In this document: positions 9,584-19,896 of the stretch, piece after piece
How positions within the stretch are numbered: position 1 is the stretch's first letter
Layout: each line of letters begins with the position of its first letter
From: a virus
Taxonomy: Duplodnaviria; Heunggongvirae; Uroviricota; Caudoviricetes
Length of the DNA: 46,969 bases
Direction: 5' to 3' (one strand)
Virus record (IMG/VR): IMGVR_UViG_3300045988_152627
Program-made: the position numbers and the translations under genes
Notes under the pieces: generated by a model
What the model was told of the DNA's origin: nothing
Seen by the model: the letters and a program-made list of their open reading frames with translations, nothing else
The model's database searches: none

Positions 9584-11047
9584 TTATTCAGAAAACAAGT
9601 TCAGCAGATAATCAGGATTATACTCCATGACGAACTCAATATCTCTGGCAGGTGAGAATGGTGTCATTTTTACATGGAATTTAACAATCCCGTCCATTAA
9701 TGACGTAATCGTGTTTTCAGACTGATCAAAGGTAACAACACCACCTGCAATATCCTGATTACCTGTGAGGCCGTTAAGCCAAATATTCGCACTTGTAACA
9801 ATCGATTCAATTAATCGACGGTTTGCAGGATTGTCTATTTTTGACCAATGCGAAAGAATTAACGTATTACCCACCCAGTTAAACATACGTCGGCAAACAC
9901 GAAATGCGTCTTTGGGGTCTGTAGATGTTGGATAAATAGCATTACGGTTTCCCCATGATTTCCAACCATCAAAATTAAGGCTTGTTACAATCCCCTGTCC
10001 ATTTAAGTAGTTTGCCTGGCTAATGTTAAGCCATACTTCACTGCCATCTTTACGTACAGCACCGTCCATCTGTAGTTTTATATTTGACGGAGAACGTGAT
10101 GGAATATCACCATACTGACTATCCAGCAAGCATGTTGCGGCCGCTAAATGGGTTGAGTGATGGTAAATATTGTCACCAAGTTTCACCATCGGCCAGCACA
10201 CTGTCTGGTTAGCGGCCATGTGATTATTGTTCTGTTTCCATTCAGGAACAGCCGAGTAATCACTGATAGTAGATTTATCGGTCGGCGCATCCGTTATAGC
10301 TTCTGCTTTGAACAATTCACTAATCAGCGCGGCTTTAGCCGCCATTAGCTGACCAACTTCACTATCAGAACTAAATCCAGGTGCAATCACTTGTCCAGGA
10401 ACTAACTTGAAGCGGGGATACACATCTGACAGTAACTCAAGCCCTGTATTGGCTTTAGTGTTGGAATCCACACCACCGATAATGTCATTTTTAGTTACGG
10501 CACCGGGATCAAGATGCGTATAACTAACCTTAAGAGTAGCGTCTTTTTCGGTAATTTTTCCTCCGCTAATAGCTGTAATGACCGTATAGCCATTATCATC
10601 CAGCGCCAGCACATAATCGGTATCAACCGTTAACCCAGGCGAATCACCATCTGCTTTTTTCACAACAACAGATTTATATAAGACACCATCGTTAGAGAGC
10701 GTACCTTTCCCGCCAGAAAGTTTTACTAACTCATCAGTAACGTCTTTCTTATGCTTTGCTGGATCAAGCACATTGATAAATACAACTGGCGCAACACCAT
10801 ATATTCCAAATGCGACTTTAATTACTTCGCTTAAAGTATATTTCTCGAAGTTTGTGCTATATCCTATTTTAGATACGGCCTCTGCGTATGTATAAGCAAT
10901 GATAGGTTTATTTACCGCTGAGGCTGGATCTTCTAACTGATTAACAGGAGCCGTACCAAATGCGACAATCAACCCAGCACTAACTTGCACTGGAGGAGTT
11001 ATAGATGTAGCCAGTTCAGATATATAAATACCGTGGCGATATCCCAT
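9584..11047 (-). CDS. Contractile tail sheath protein (FI-like)
   Basis: 487 aa, first gene of the sheath-tube-chaperone-tape measure block. Confidence 0.75.
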   Translation of the reverse strand: MGYRHGIYISELATSITPPVQVSAGLIVAFGTAPVNQLEDPASAVNKPIIAYTYAEAVSKIGYSTNFEKYTLSEVIKVAFGIYGVAPVVFINVLDPAKHKKDVTDELVKLSGGKGTLSNDGVLYKSVVVKKADGDSPGLTVDTDYVLALDDNGYTVITAISGGKITEKDATLKVSYTHLDPGAVTKNDIIGGVDSNTKANTGLELLSDVYPRFKLVPGQVIAPGFSSDSEVGQLMAAKAALISELFKAEAITDAPTDKSTISDYSAVPEWKQNNNHMAANQTVCWPMVKLGDNIYHHSTHLAAATCLLDSQYGDIPSRSPSNIKLQMDGAVRKDGSEVWLNISQANYLNGQGIVTSLNFDGWKSWGNRNAIYPTSTDPKDAFRVCRRMFNWVGNTLILSHWSKIDNPANRRLIESIVTSANIWLNGLTGNQDIAGGVVTFDQSENTITSLMDGIVKFHVKMTPFSPARDIEFVMEYNPDYLLNLFSE

Positions 11048-11337
11048 TATTTAATCTCCATGATAGAAGAAGAAACTCTAGAGTACATTACATACTCGAC
11101 ACTGGTTTTATCAGAAAGTCTTTTCTCTGCATCTGCAAAATCACTGGTTGCCACAAACAAACACTTTGCACCAGGAATATGTGATATTAATTTTTTACAC
11201 TCTGGAGATAAGCCATTCTTAAATAGTTTATGCTTCAAAATTGAGAGTTGAGGGATTGTTGGTCCTATATATACAAATGTTTGAGCAACATCTTCCTTCT
11301 TTTCTATATCTTCTTTACTACTTTTCTTATTAGCCAT
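11047..11337 (-). CDS. Hypothetical virion-associated protein
   Basis: 96 aa ORF coupled into the structural operon between head and tail modules. Confidence 0.35.
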   Translation of the reverse strand: MANKKSSKEDIEKKEDVAQTFVYIGPTIPQLSILKHKLFKNGLSPECKKLISHIPGAKCLFVATSDFADAEKRLSDKTSVEYVMYSRVSSSIMEIK

Positions 11338-11823
11338 TTAGATAAACTCCTGAGACTGAATATTCTGAGGCTTTAATACTAGCCACGTTCCAGTTGCTTC
11401 CGTTATCCAATATGGATACGGTTGATCATCAAACATTCGCCATCTGATATCGCCCTGAAAGAGAAATTTCTCTTCAAGTAAAGGCTTCTCCTGAAAATGA
11501 AACATCATCCTTTCAAGAAGAGCCATTACCCATTCATATCCAGTATGGTCCTCACAAAAACCACCTAGAAGAAACTTAACCTTAACTTCATCCGTTTCAG
11601 GCTGCATTCCTCCTTCCGTGGGCCTGATAATCACATGAGGAAATTCTGGCGGTTTATCTGGAGATGGTTGTGATTTAGGAGGCAAGTACCCTTTAAATAT
11701 TGTTGGAACAAACAATTTAATATCGCTGTCTGTTTCATCATAAGGAGGCCCCTGCACTAATAAATCATGGAAAACCTCATGTTCCAACCGATTTTTTATT
11801 GCATCTATCAAAAGATTAATCAA
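11338..11823 (-). CDS. Hypothetical protein, possibly tail completion / head-tail joining
   Basis: 161 aa ORF in the head-tail junction block; no recognisable motif. Confidence 0.4.
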   Translation of the reverse strand: MINLLIDAIKNRLEHEVFHDLLVQGPPYDETDSDIKLFVPTIFKGYLPPKSQPSPDKPPEFPHVIIRPTEGGMQPETDEVKVKFLLGGFCEDHTGYEWVMALLERMMFHFQEKPLLEEKFLFQGDIRWRMFDDQPYPYWITEATGTWLVLKPQNIQSQEFI

Positions 11824-12164
11824 ATCGGCATTCCTCTGTTAGTATTAACAGTGAGAGTTATTTCCAATACACCAACATTATCTGATACTTCATCAACAAT
11901 ATAATTTTTACCGTTGATTTTCATTGACTGGTCTTTGACAGGGAGAACAGGAAAATCTTTTCTTGAAACAAATAATATTATTTGCCCCTGATTTATTCCC
12001 TCTGCAAACTCAGCATATGAGCGTTTATTCCGCTCATGAATAAGGTCTGTATCAATAACGGCAAGGATATCCTTGCCGTCTATGTTATATGTATCGGCAA
12101 ACTCTTTTTCATTGAGGAATATTGCAGAAATATCTTGCGCTATAACCTCTTTGAAGGAGTTCAT
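11820..12164 (-). CDS. Hypothetical protein, possibly head completion / adaptor
   Basis: 114 aa, overlapping starts and stops with neighbours. Confidence 0.4.
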   Translation of the reverse strand: MNSFKEVIAQDISAIFLNEKEFADTYNIDGKDILAVIDTDLIHERNKRSYAEFAEGINQGQIILFVSRKDFPVLPVKDQSMKINGKNYIVDEVSDNVGVLEITLTVNTNRGMPI

Positions 12165-12556
12165 TACTTCTTATTACCTTTTTTTTGCGTTGATTTTTTC
12201 GCATTACTGGTATCAGAAGTAGCTACAGATTCAGATGAATCATCAGCAACCGTTTCCTCATTGCCGCCATCATCCTCAAACTCAACCTCGAATACACAGC
12301 TACCCGCCTCCGTTCGCGTAATCAACCCCGCGTCCACAGCATCATTAACAGCAGATGCGTATCCATGCTCAAAAGCTAACTTAGCAGCATCATAGCCCCC
12401 GGCCGATGCCAAATCACCATCCTCTTCGGTGGCAATAGCATGTCCTGACGCAATCAGTTCGGCAATTCTGGAGTTATCCATTAGCCCATTAAGCAAACGG
12501 CCCGCTTTTAGCGAGCCGTGGCTTATCGTATCAATGTTTTTAATCAGTCTGGCCAT
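12164..12556 (-). CDS. Hypothetical protein, possibly head completion (acidic C-terminus)
   Basis: 130 aa directly downstream of the major capsid gene. Confidence 0.4.
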   Translation of the reverse strand: MARLIKNIDTISHGSLKAGRLLNGLMDNSRIAELIASGHAIATEEDGDLASAGGYDAAKLAFEHGYASAVNDAVDAGLITRTEAGSCVFEVEFEDDGGNEETVADDSSESVATSDTSNAKKSTQKKGNKK

Positions 12557-13600
12557 TTAAACCACCTTAGCCACCAGATAGGCATCAGCCACACCAGGAT
12601 TAGGCAGTGGAGATGACTTCATGGCAACATAACGGCCAGCCGGCTTACGAGTTACCCAGGTGTCTGGAACTCGTGGTGACTCAACAATCGTTAGAGTCTT
12701 TTCGGCGTCATCTACAAGCTCTACAGCACCATACAGCATCGTTCCTCGACCAGGAGAGCCAAAGAGGATCTTATCTTCCGGTACTAATGGTTCTGGTTTT
12801 CCTGTTTTATCATTGCGAATAAGTTCGTCGTAACCATAAAAATCGACACCTTCAAGATTGCCATAATGAGTTACGCCTTCTTCTAACTCCTTAGGCTCAA
12901 TATACCCAAGCTCTTTTCGGCGATTATCAAGATATTTAGTTACTGCTTCATTTTTAACGAAAGCATCAACAACTTTTGCGCCCATTACGGCAACACGAGG
13001 TGTAAAACCTGAAGTTAGTGATACCCGACGTTTCCAGTTGCGAACATTGACCAACGGATCTGATTTTGCTGCACTCCATAAATCATCACCTGTCAGTTCA
13101 AGATATGGTTTATCTCCTTCCTCTTCAGGCCAAAAATAAACTGTGTCATCCACACCTTCACCAACAATATCAACCTGCCCCGTAAACAAGACTTGTGCAC
13201 ACATCCATTCTTCACGGCGGTTAACCATTTCATCAAGCTCAAGCAAATCTTTACCTAATTGCTCGGCGGCTCGTTCTGCTGGCGATTTTGCGTTGTAAAT
13301 ATTCTCACCCGGAAGCCTGTTTAAAAGCAGCTCTGCTGTTGTTACCAAATCAGGTGCAACAAGTGGTGGCTCCAGAGTTCTCGTTACAAAGCCGCGTCGC
13401 TCAACGGTTTTTGAGCCAAAACCTTTACCAACAAACGGAGCCATAGTACGGCCACCGCGAACAAAATCCAGATCAACTTTCTTTGTATTAAAGGTCTGAA
13501 CACCAGGAAAAAAGGTACGAAGAAGAAAACGACGAGCCTTGAAATTCTGAATAACAGGCTCAAGCATTGTACGTCGTTCAAAAATATCAATATTCGGCAT
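12557..13600 (-). CDS. Major capsid protein, lambda gpE-like
   Basis: 347 aa; C-terminal PDTWVTRKPAGRY...SSPLP resembles the lambda E NWVTTGDPAR...SAPLM region; follows the decoration and protease genes. Confidence 0.8.
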   Translation of the reverse strand: MPNIDIFERRTMLEPVIQNFKARRFLLRTFFPGVQTFNTKKVDLDFVRGGRTMAPFVGKGFGSKTVERRGFVTRTLEPPLVAPDLVTTAELLLNRLPGENIYNAKSPAERAAEQLGKDLLELDEMVNRREEWMCAQVLFTGQVDIVGEGVDDTVYFWPEEEGDKPYLELTGDDLWSAAKSDPLVNVRNWKRRVSLTSGFTPRVAVMGAKVVDAFVKNEAVTKYLDNRRKELGYIEPKELEEGVTHYGNLEGVDFYGYDELIRNDKTGKPEPLVPEDKILFGSPGRGTMLYGAVELVDDAEKTLTIVESPRVPDTWVTRKPAGRYVAMKSSPLPNPGVADAYLVAKVV

Positions 13601-13620
13601 AAAAATACGACCTCTTTATA

Positions 13621-14004
13621 TTATGCAGATGGATTTTGTTGTGCGGTGTTAAGGAATATCCCAACCTTCCGGCAAGCCAGATATACATCGGCAATCTTTG
13701 CTGATTCAGGAAGGATAACCGCATGTGCATTGAACATTCCGGTCAGCCATGCTGTTCCAACTTGCGCTGAATCAGTCGCATCAATACTGTGTTGAGCGAT
13801 ACAATACGGTTCTTTTGCCACCCCCTCACCAGAGAGATTTATTGGTGCTACAGTGACAACATTTGTTGTCTGATCAATACTGACAAAAGCAAGCAACTCA
13901 CCTCGATTTACTTTACCGCTGGCAAGTTTAATACTTGTTGTAATTGCTGGCATACCACCAGAAATAATCAGATTATCTGGTTCAAATGAAAAAGACTCTC
14001 GCAT
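13621..14004 (-). CDS. Head decoration protein, lambda gpD-like
   Basis: 127 aa between protease and capsid genes, the lambda C-D-E order. Confidence 0.55.
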   Translation of the reverse strand: MRESFSFEPDNLIISGGMPAITTSIKLASGKVNRGELLAFVSIDQTTNVVTVAPINLSGEGVAKEPYCIAQHSIDATDSAQVGTAWLTGMFNAHAVILPESAKIADVYLACRKVGIFLNTAQQNPSA

Positions 14005-14013
14005 AAACTCACC

Positions 14014-15102
14014 TTAATTTTTATCGCGGTTTTTAAATACTGACCCAATAACATTTTTTACTACTTCAGCTTGTTTATCGCCGTTGTTTTCTGGTTGATT
14101 AACATCAACTGAATCATTCACCTCATTTGCGTCTTCTTGCCGTTGATTAAGAAAGTTTTTGTTACGCGCTCGCTCTGCATTCATAATTTCCAAAGCAAGT
14201 TCAGCCGCAGAAACTCCCGTTTTGAATTTTGCATTCTTAACCAGGTCGTCATGACCTGGAATCACGCTATTCTCGATTGTTTCAATGCGCTCGCGTTCTG
14301 ATTTAACGCCCTCGTCTTTACCAGCATTAAAAACCTGATTGTATAATTCTGGATGTTTATTTTTTAATTCATCAAGAGTCACAACATCGTCCTCGGTTTG
14401 TTCATTTAATTCAGTAGATAATTCATTTTTATTTTGTGGCAACTTTGCGAGCGAATCAGGTAATTTTGAAAACCTTGATGCTTCAAAAGTTATTCCATTG
14501 AGCGAAAGCATCCCTTCCTTTATAGAAGCGGATAAACGCATTGGTTTTTCAACTTCGTCAGCAAACCCAAGCTCAACAGCTTCTTCTGCATTTAGCCAAG
14601 TTTCCTGATCCATTAGTTCAATTAACTTATCTTCAGAAAGTCCTGTCTTCTCCTTATATGCAGATAAAATACTATTTCGTATCTTATCCATCATCTCAGC
14701 AATATCACGCAATTCATCCGCATCCCCCATTGCCCATGTCCACGGATTATGGATCATCATCATAGCATTAGATGGGATAACAACTTTATCACCTGCCATT
14801 GCAATAATGGTTGCAGCCGATGCAGCAATACCATCAATATAAACTGTAATATTAGCCTTATGACGTTTTAATGAAGAAAGAATAGCTTGAGCTGTAAAAA
14901 CAGAACCACCATAACTATTAATTTTTACGTTGATAGCATTTGATGAAATATCCTTTAATTTATTAACTATGTCAGAAGAAGAAACCTCATCAAATTCACC
15001 AATATACCCGTATATTAAAAGCTCAGCCGGAGTGTCATCTTCACCCGTGCTATTTTTTATTTCCCACCAATTAGGCATCATCAGTCTCCATATTTTGTTC
15101 AT
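14014..15102 (-). CDS. Head maturation protease / scaffold, S49 (ClpP/SppA-like), lambda gpC-like
   Basis: 362 aa with INSYGGSVFTAQAI...GIAASAATIIAMAGDKVV...MMIHNPWT, characteristic of S49 peptidases. Confidence 0.8.
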   Translation of the reverse strand: MNKIWRLMMPNWWEIKNSTGEDDTPAELLIYGYIGEFDEVSSSDIVNKLKDISSNAINVKINSYGGSVFTAQAILSSLKRHKANITVYIDGIAASAATIIAMAGDKVVIPSNAMMMIHNPWTWAMGDADELRDIAEMMDKIRNSILSAYKEKTGLSEDKLIELMDQETWLNAEEAVELGFADEVEKPMRLSASIKEGMLSLNGITFEASRFSKLPDSLAKLPQNKNELSTELNEQTEDDVVTLDELKNKHPELYNQVFNAGKDEGVKSERERIETIENSVIPGHDDLVKNAKFKTGVSAAELALEIMNAERARNKNFLNQRQEDANEVNDSVDVNQPENNGDKQAEVVKNVIGSVFKNRDKN

Positions 15103-16645
15103 TTACCTCAGAAACAGGAGGATTAATAAGCCCCAACTCACGGCGAGCATTCTCTTCTCTGCCACAAATTTGTGCGGTTTCTTCCCAGTTAAGACCTGAC
15201 ATTTCAGCCGCTTCCTTTTCACGGGTAGAGAATGTTTCCTCAACACGCAGTTTTGCAGCTTTGACTTCTTTAAGGGGATCTAATTGGCCTTGTGATGGGC
15301 CATACCATTGAGCGCCACTCCATGCAGCGCGATATTCAGGCCCATAAAAAAAACCAGGGGCAATAACACGACCTTTAGCAACGGCTTCGGCCAACCATTC
15401 CTCATAGATCGGTTGGCAAAATGACTGAACCATCCAGTCACGTCGCATACGGAACATTTTCCAGGCTTCAAGTAATGCGGCCCTGCTTGCGCTATAACTT
15501 GCTGTAAAATGCTTTACCAAGAGTTCGTAAGGGAGTTCTAAAGCAGCCCCAATTTGACGGCATATGGCGACAACAAAACCATCAAATGCCGTATTTGGTC
15601 GCCCGGGATTTGCTGTATCTATCGACTCACCTTCACCCAAACTTACTATGGAGCCATTCCCCATTTCTTGGGTGTTATCATCATGGTTATCGATCTGCTC
15701 GTACTGAGGGATACCCGATTCACCGACTGGTCCATCAGGTGCGTCTGTTTTAATAAAGACAGTAAACATCCCTGACACAACCGCAGCAACCAATTCAGCA
15801 TCGGTGTATCGTCCTAACTGCTTCAATGCTTCAATTACAGGAGCAAGGACAGGAACGCCACGGCGTTGCCCAGGCCTTTCAAAATCCTGCATGACATGCA
15901 GAATATTTCTTCTTCCTGTTTTACTCCCATATGCGGGAATACGTTCCCACTTGCGGGTTACAAAACCAGAAGTCCCGGCTGGGTGATGTTTTGCAACCCA
16001 GTACGCCACAGGCTCGCTAAATTCACCAACCTCTACGCCACCGTAAAGATTTGGTATAAAACGATCCTCTGGATTGCAAACACGATCACCTTCAATTAAA
16101 TAGACGCACAAATCATATATAACCCCCTTACGCTTAATAACTGGTAGCGCAGCAAATATATCGCCAGATGTTAACGCAGATATTTGGACCAATGATTGCA
16201 ATTGTCCAAAAGTACACATTCTTGATGCATCACAATTTGGAGAATCAGCCCATAATCTAAACTCACGCTCAACATGCTTTTCCCATGCTCGCGCTTCTTC
16301 CTGCGTCATCCCCAAGAAATCGGCATCAATGTTCGCATTTAGTTTTAAACCGGAACCAACAACGTTTGTCCTGATAGTTTTTATTGCGCCAACCGATAGC
16401 GGGTTTCCCATGAAGAGATCACGAGAACGCTCACGCAATTTATCTATATTTTTAACAATATCATCATCAGGAGAACCAGCTTTACTAAACCAACCCCTTA
16501 ATGATTTTTTATGAGTGCTTGCACCATGACGTGAATATCCAAGGTTATTAATACCTTCAAGTGCTTCTAACCGTTTTCTTGCCAAAGCTCGATTTAATGC
16601 CCTCTGAGGTGAAAACGGCGCAATAACTCGATCAAGAATATTCAT
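15071..16645 (-). CDS. Portal protein, lambda gpB-like
   Basis: 524 aa between the gpW-like and protease genes. Confidence 0.8.
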   Translation of the reverse strand: MNILDRVIAPFSPQRALNRALARKRLEALEGINNLGYSRHGASTHKKSLRGWFSKAGSPDDDIVKNIDKLRERSRDLFMGNPLSVGAIKTIRTNVVGSGLKLNANIDADFLGMTQEEARAWEKHVEREFRLWADSPNCDASRMCTFGQLQSLVQISALTSGDIFAALPVIKRKGVIYDLCVYLIEGDRVCNPEDRFIPNLYGGVEVGEFSEPVAYWVAKHHPAGTSGFVTRKWERIPAYGSKTGRRNILHVMQDFERPGQRRGVPVLAPVIEALKQLGRYTDAELVAAVVSGMFTVFIKTDAPDGPVGESGIPQYEQIDNHDDNTQEMGNGSIVSLGEGESIDTANPGRPNTAFDGFVVAICRQIGAALELPYELLVKHFTASYSASRAALLEAWKMFRMRRDWMVQSFCQPIYEEWLAEAVAKGRVIAPGFFYGPEYRAAWSGAQWYGPSQGQLDPLKEVKAAKLRVEETFSTREKEAAEMSGLNWEETAQICGREENARRELGLINPPVSEVNEQNMETDDA

Positions 16646-16881
16646 AAATCTCTTATCACCACTCGTTTAATTCGTGGGCCTCGGCGTATACCTGCTGATA
16701 ATCTTTCTACTTCATTACGCCAGTAATCCATCTCTTTTCTGACTTCTGATAAATCCGCACGAGTTAACTGCCGCGTACCAAATTTATATGACTGACCGCC
16801 AATAGCAATAGCGCGATATGCTTCCCGCCAGACAGATAACATCTCTCTGGCTTCAGTCAGAGAAAATGCTTCATTGTTCAT
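16642..16881 (-). CDS. Head-tail joining protein, gpW-like
   Basis: 79 aa between terminase large subunit and portal, the lambda A-W-B order. Confidence 0.55.
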   Translation of the reverse strand: MNNEAFSLTEAREMLSVWREAYRAIAIGGQSYKFGTRQLTRADLSEVRKEMDYWRNEVERLSAGIRRGPRIKRVVIRDL

Positions 16882-16892
16882 TTATATTTCCT

Positions 16893-18749
16893 CTATATGG
16901 TTACGCCTTTACTTATAACTCTACGGCGTCTTCTACGTATACCTGACGAGTTCTGCACATACACATTACCTCGCATTTCCTGTTCGGCAAGCCAGTTAAA
17001 ATTAGGGTTCAGAATTTCCATCGCGGCAGTTGCATAGTTACGGCAATCAAGAGGCTCGTTACGCTCGTAGACTTTCACCCACTTTTCTTTTGTCTGCCCA
17101 TTTTTATATTCAAATATTTTTTTCTCTGATAATAATCCTTTAAAGTATTCGGTATCATATCCTCTGTCAGAATCTAATGGGAAATGCATATAACCAGGAC
17201 CAGGATCATGTAGTTTAATTCTTGCCATGATGGTCCCTTTACCATCATCAACCCCCAAATTAAACAACATAGCACCCACACGGTTATTATTACTTGGCTT
17301 TCCTATAAATGGTAAACCTACCCCACCACGCCCCCTGATAGAGTATATTCGCCTTGATTCTCTCGGCTTAGTAAAGCGATATACCTCTGTCGTAAAATGC
17401 CCACCAGAGTCAATACAAACGGAAGAAATCTGTAATTTTCGACCGTCACGGAATGACCAGCTACGGAGTAAGTATTCATCAAGTTGTTTCCAGACAACAT
17501 CTTGTGCGGGATCACCTGGGAATATTTTATATTCTATCCCCCATGACTCCTTACCTTTTCCCCAACCGACCAATTCACAAACTAAATACGTGTCCTGTAC
17601 GTCAACACCAGCACTTAACAATAAAACATCATCTGGCAAAAACTCTTCAAACCTTATTCTGCGTTGCAACAAGTATTCAGGATCGATATCGTCTTTAGCA
17701 TCCTCTTTCCATGGCTCACCCAGCTTAAGGTTAATAAACTCCATTAATCCATTTTTATCGCGGTTTCTGGTTGCTTCCGTAAATTCTTCAACCAGCTCTG
17801 ACAATGCAACCCACGGGGAGTAAAGACTGTTAATATGAAAACCAACAATACCTTTAACTCCAGTATGTTCAGCTATCCATACCCCCTTCGCCAACCAATC
17901 AACGTCTGGTTTACCAGATCCGCGCATAATCCCGCCGCACTCACAGCACTCATATCTGGCCGTTTCCGGTAACGCCTCACCTGAATCGCTCTTATCCCAT
18001 CTGACTTGCGACCATTTCATCACCTGCATGGTGCCACAACATGGGCAAGGAACATGGTAGTAACGCTGATCGGAGAGCTTAAACCACTTGTGGATTTTGC
18101 TCGTTTCCTCCAAAACAGGAGTAGAAACAAAAACTTTCTTACGATTATGAAAGTTGGTAGTACGCTGAATACCTAGTTTTAGTGGGTCGCCCTCCTGCGT
18201 CACACCGTAACGATCAATCTCATCAGCTAACAGTATTCGAATTGGCCTGGATGCAAGACCTGCTGGGGAATTAGCACCAACAAGTGCTATATATCCACCA
18301 GCGTAATGCTTCATACGTATAGTCGTGCTGGACTTTTTGGCTGCACCGCGCCCCTCTTTCCCTTCATGCAGCTTGTGTTTCAAACCAGGGGAATATTTGA
18401 ACGTCGGATCAATACGCTCTTTTGAAAAAGCCTCAGCCGCCTCTACCGTTGGATAAATCATCAACTGAGGAGATGGCTCCTGATCTGCAAAGTAACCCAT
18501 AACATTTAGCTGTAATTCGGATTTACCAATTTGCGAGCTACATTGCATCACTACTGTTTCTGTATCAGCGTCACCAATAACATCCATTGGTTCACGCAAA
18601 TATGGCACTCGGCTTGTACGCCACGGCCCTGGCTCTGGAGACGTTCCCGGCGCTACATGACGATACTTATCAGCCCATTCGGAAACAGTTAGCCGTGATT
18701 TAGGGCGAAGCGCACGGAAAAAAGCGGTGCTCCATACTGTTTCGCCCAT
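16893..18749 (-). CDS. Terminase large subunit, lambda gpA-like
   Basis: 618 aa; Cys-rich zinc-ribbon-like CPCCGT...CCECGG segment; size and position. Confidence 0.85.
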   Translation of the reverse strand: MGETVWSTAFFRALRPKSRLTVSEWADKYRHVAPGTSPEPGPWRTSRVPYLREPMDVIGDADTETVVMQCSSQIGKSELQLNVMGYFADQEPSPQLMIYPTVEAAEAFSKERIDPTFKYSPGLKHKLHEGKEGRGAAKKSSTTIRMKHYAGGYIALVGANSPAGLASRPIRILLADEIDRYGVTQEGDPLKLGIQRTTNFHNRKKVFVSTPVLEETSKIHKWFKLSDQRYYHVPCPCCGTMQVMKWSQVRWDKSDSGEALPETARYECCECGGIMRGSGKPDVDWLAKGVWIAEHTGVKGIVGFHINSLYSPWVALSELVEEFTEATRNRDKNGLMEFINLKLGEPWKEDAKDDIDPEYLLQRRIRFEEFLPDDVLLLSAGVDVQDTYLVCELVGWGKGKESWGIEYKIFPGDPAQDVVWKQLDEYLLRSWSFRDGRKLQISSVCIDSGGHFTTEVYRFTKPRESRRIYSIRGRGGVGLPFIGKPSNNNRVGAMLFNLGVDDGKGTIMARIKLHDPGPGYMHFPLDSDRGYDTEYFKGLLSEKKIFEYKNGQTKEKWVKVYERNEPLDCRNYATAAMEILNPNFNWLAEQEMRGNVYVQNSSGIRRRRRRVISKGVTI

Positions 18750-18754
18750 GAGGT

Positions 18755-19315
18755 TTATTCTTCCTGCTTAATAAATCGGGATTCCTGGAGCGCCTGAAGC
18801 GCAAAATTAATCTCGTCTTCAATAATGCGTTCGATCTCCCTGGCTGTTTTGCCTTCACAACGGGGAGCTGCTCTTGGAGCAATACTAAATAAGCGGCTAC
18901 GCAATTCATTAGCTGCCAGAAATGCATCATCCCTGACCGCATCTTTAGCGATGAGAGAGCCTTCCTTTTCTTCAAATTCAAGGCGTTTCAGCTTTGCCTG
19001 ATAAATTTTTTCTGCGGTCTTAGCCTTGTTGAATTGCACCGCAACACCGGAAGTACCACCAGCTAATCCGGCATCATCAGCGGGTAACTCTGGTTGTTCC
19101 GAAGATATCCCATGCCCTCTTTTTCCATTTTCAGCAGATACCTCACGACCAACCTGTCGGCTCGCTTCATAAGCCGCACTAGCTTTATCAAAATCCAGCT
19201 TGCCGCTTTTCAGCACTGGAATGCGACCGGAACGACAGAGCTTCGTAACCATTGCCGGAGAAATACCTTTCCGGCGGGCAAACTCTGACTTACTGACGAT
19301 GGCCATTACTTGCAA
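18755..19315 (-). CDS. Terminase small subunit, Nu1-like
   Basis: 186 aa with an N-terminal winged-HTH-like segment, immediately upstream of the large subunit. Confidence 0.6.
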   Translation of the reverse strand: MQVMAIVSKSEFARRKGISPAMVTKLCRSGRIPVLKSGKLDFDKASAAYEASRQVGREVSAENGKRGHGISSEQPELPADDAGLAGGTSGVAVQFNKAKTAEKIYQAKLKRLEFEEKEGSLIAKDAVRDDAFLAANELRSRLFSIAPRAAPRCEGKTAREIERIIEDEINFALQALQESRFIKQEE

Positions 19316-19896
19316 CCATTAGCAAGATACTGAACAAATCCCTCATGCGTTTCATGCGCGTCGTGGTACTGACGATAAACATCCAGCAACAATGCAATTT
19401 CCATATCCGTCGCGGGAATACGTTCTTTATCAATAGCCAGGTACTTAATTTGAACAACAGGGGAAGAATTATCGTCTTCTTCCTGCGGCTGTTCATCGCT
19501 TAACATTTCGTCAAGCTCTGCATCATTAAACCCAAGCAGATCAATATCAAAATCATCATCCATTAACTCTTTGACTTCTTCGGCCAGAAGCTGCATATCC
19601 CAGCCAGCATTTAAGGCCAGCTTGTTATCTGCAATCCTGTAAGCCTTCTTCTGTTTTTCAGAAAGGTTACTCAACCGAATCGCTGGAACTTTATCCATTT
19701 CCAGAATTTCGGCTGCTGCAAGCCGCCCATGCCCCGCAATCAGTTCATTCTTTTCATCGATCAGCACAGGATTAGTGAAACCGAACTCACGGATACTGTT
19801 CACCAACTGTTCAACCTGCTCATCTGAATGAGTCCGTGAATTTTTGGCGTATCTGAGCAGCTTACCGACTGGTAAATATTCGATTTTTAGAGCCAT
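19306..19896 (-). CDS. ParB/Srx-like nuclease-domain protein
   Basis: 196 aa; N-terminal ParB-box-like IDEKNELIAGHGRLAAAEIL. Confidence 0.75.
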   Translation of the reverse strand: MALKIEYLPVGKLLRYAKNSRTHSDEQVEQLVNSIREFGFTNPVLIDEKNELIAGHGRLAAAEILEMDKVPAIRLSNLSEKQKKAYRIADNKLALNAGWDMQLLAEEVKELMDDDFDIDLLGFNDAELDEMLSDEQPQEEDDNSSPVVQIKYLAIDKERIPATDMEIALLLDVYRQYHDAHETHEGFVQYLANGCK

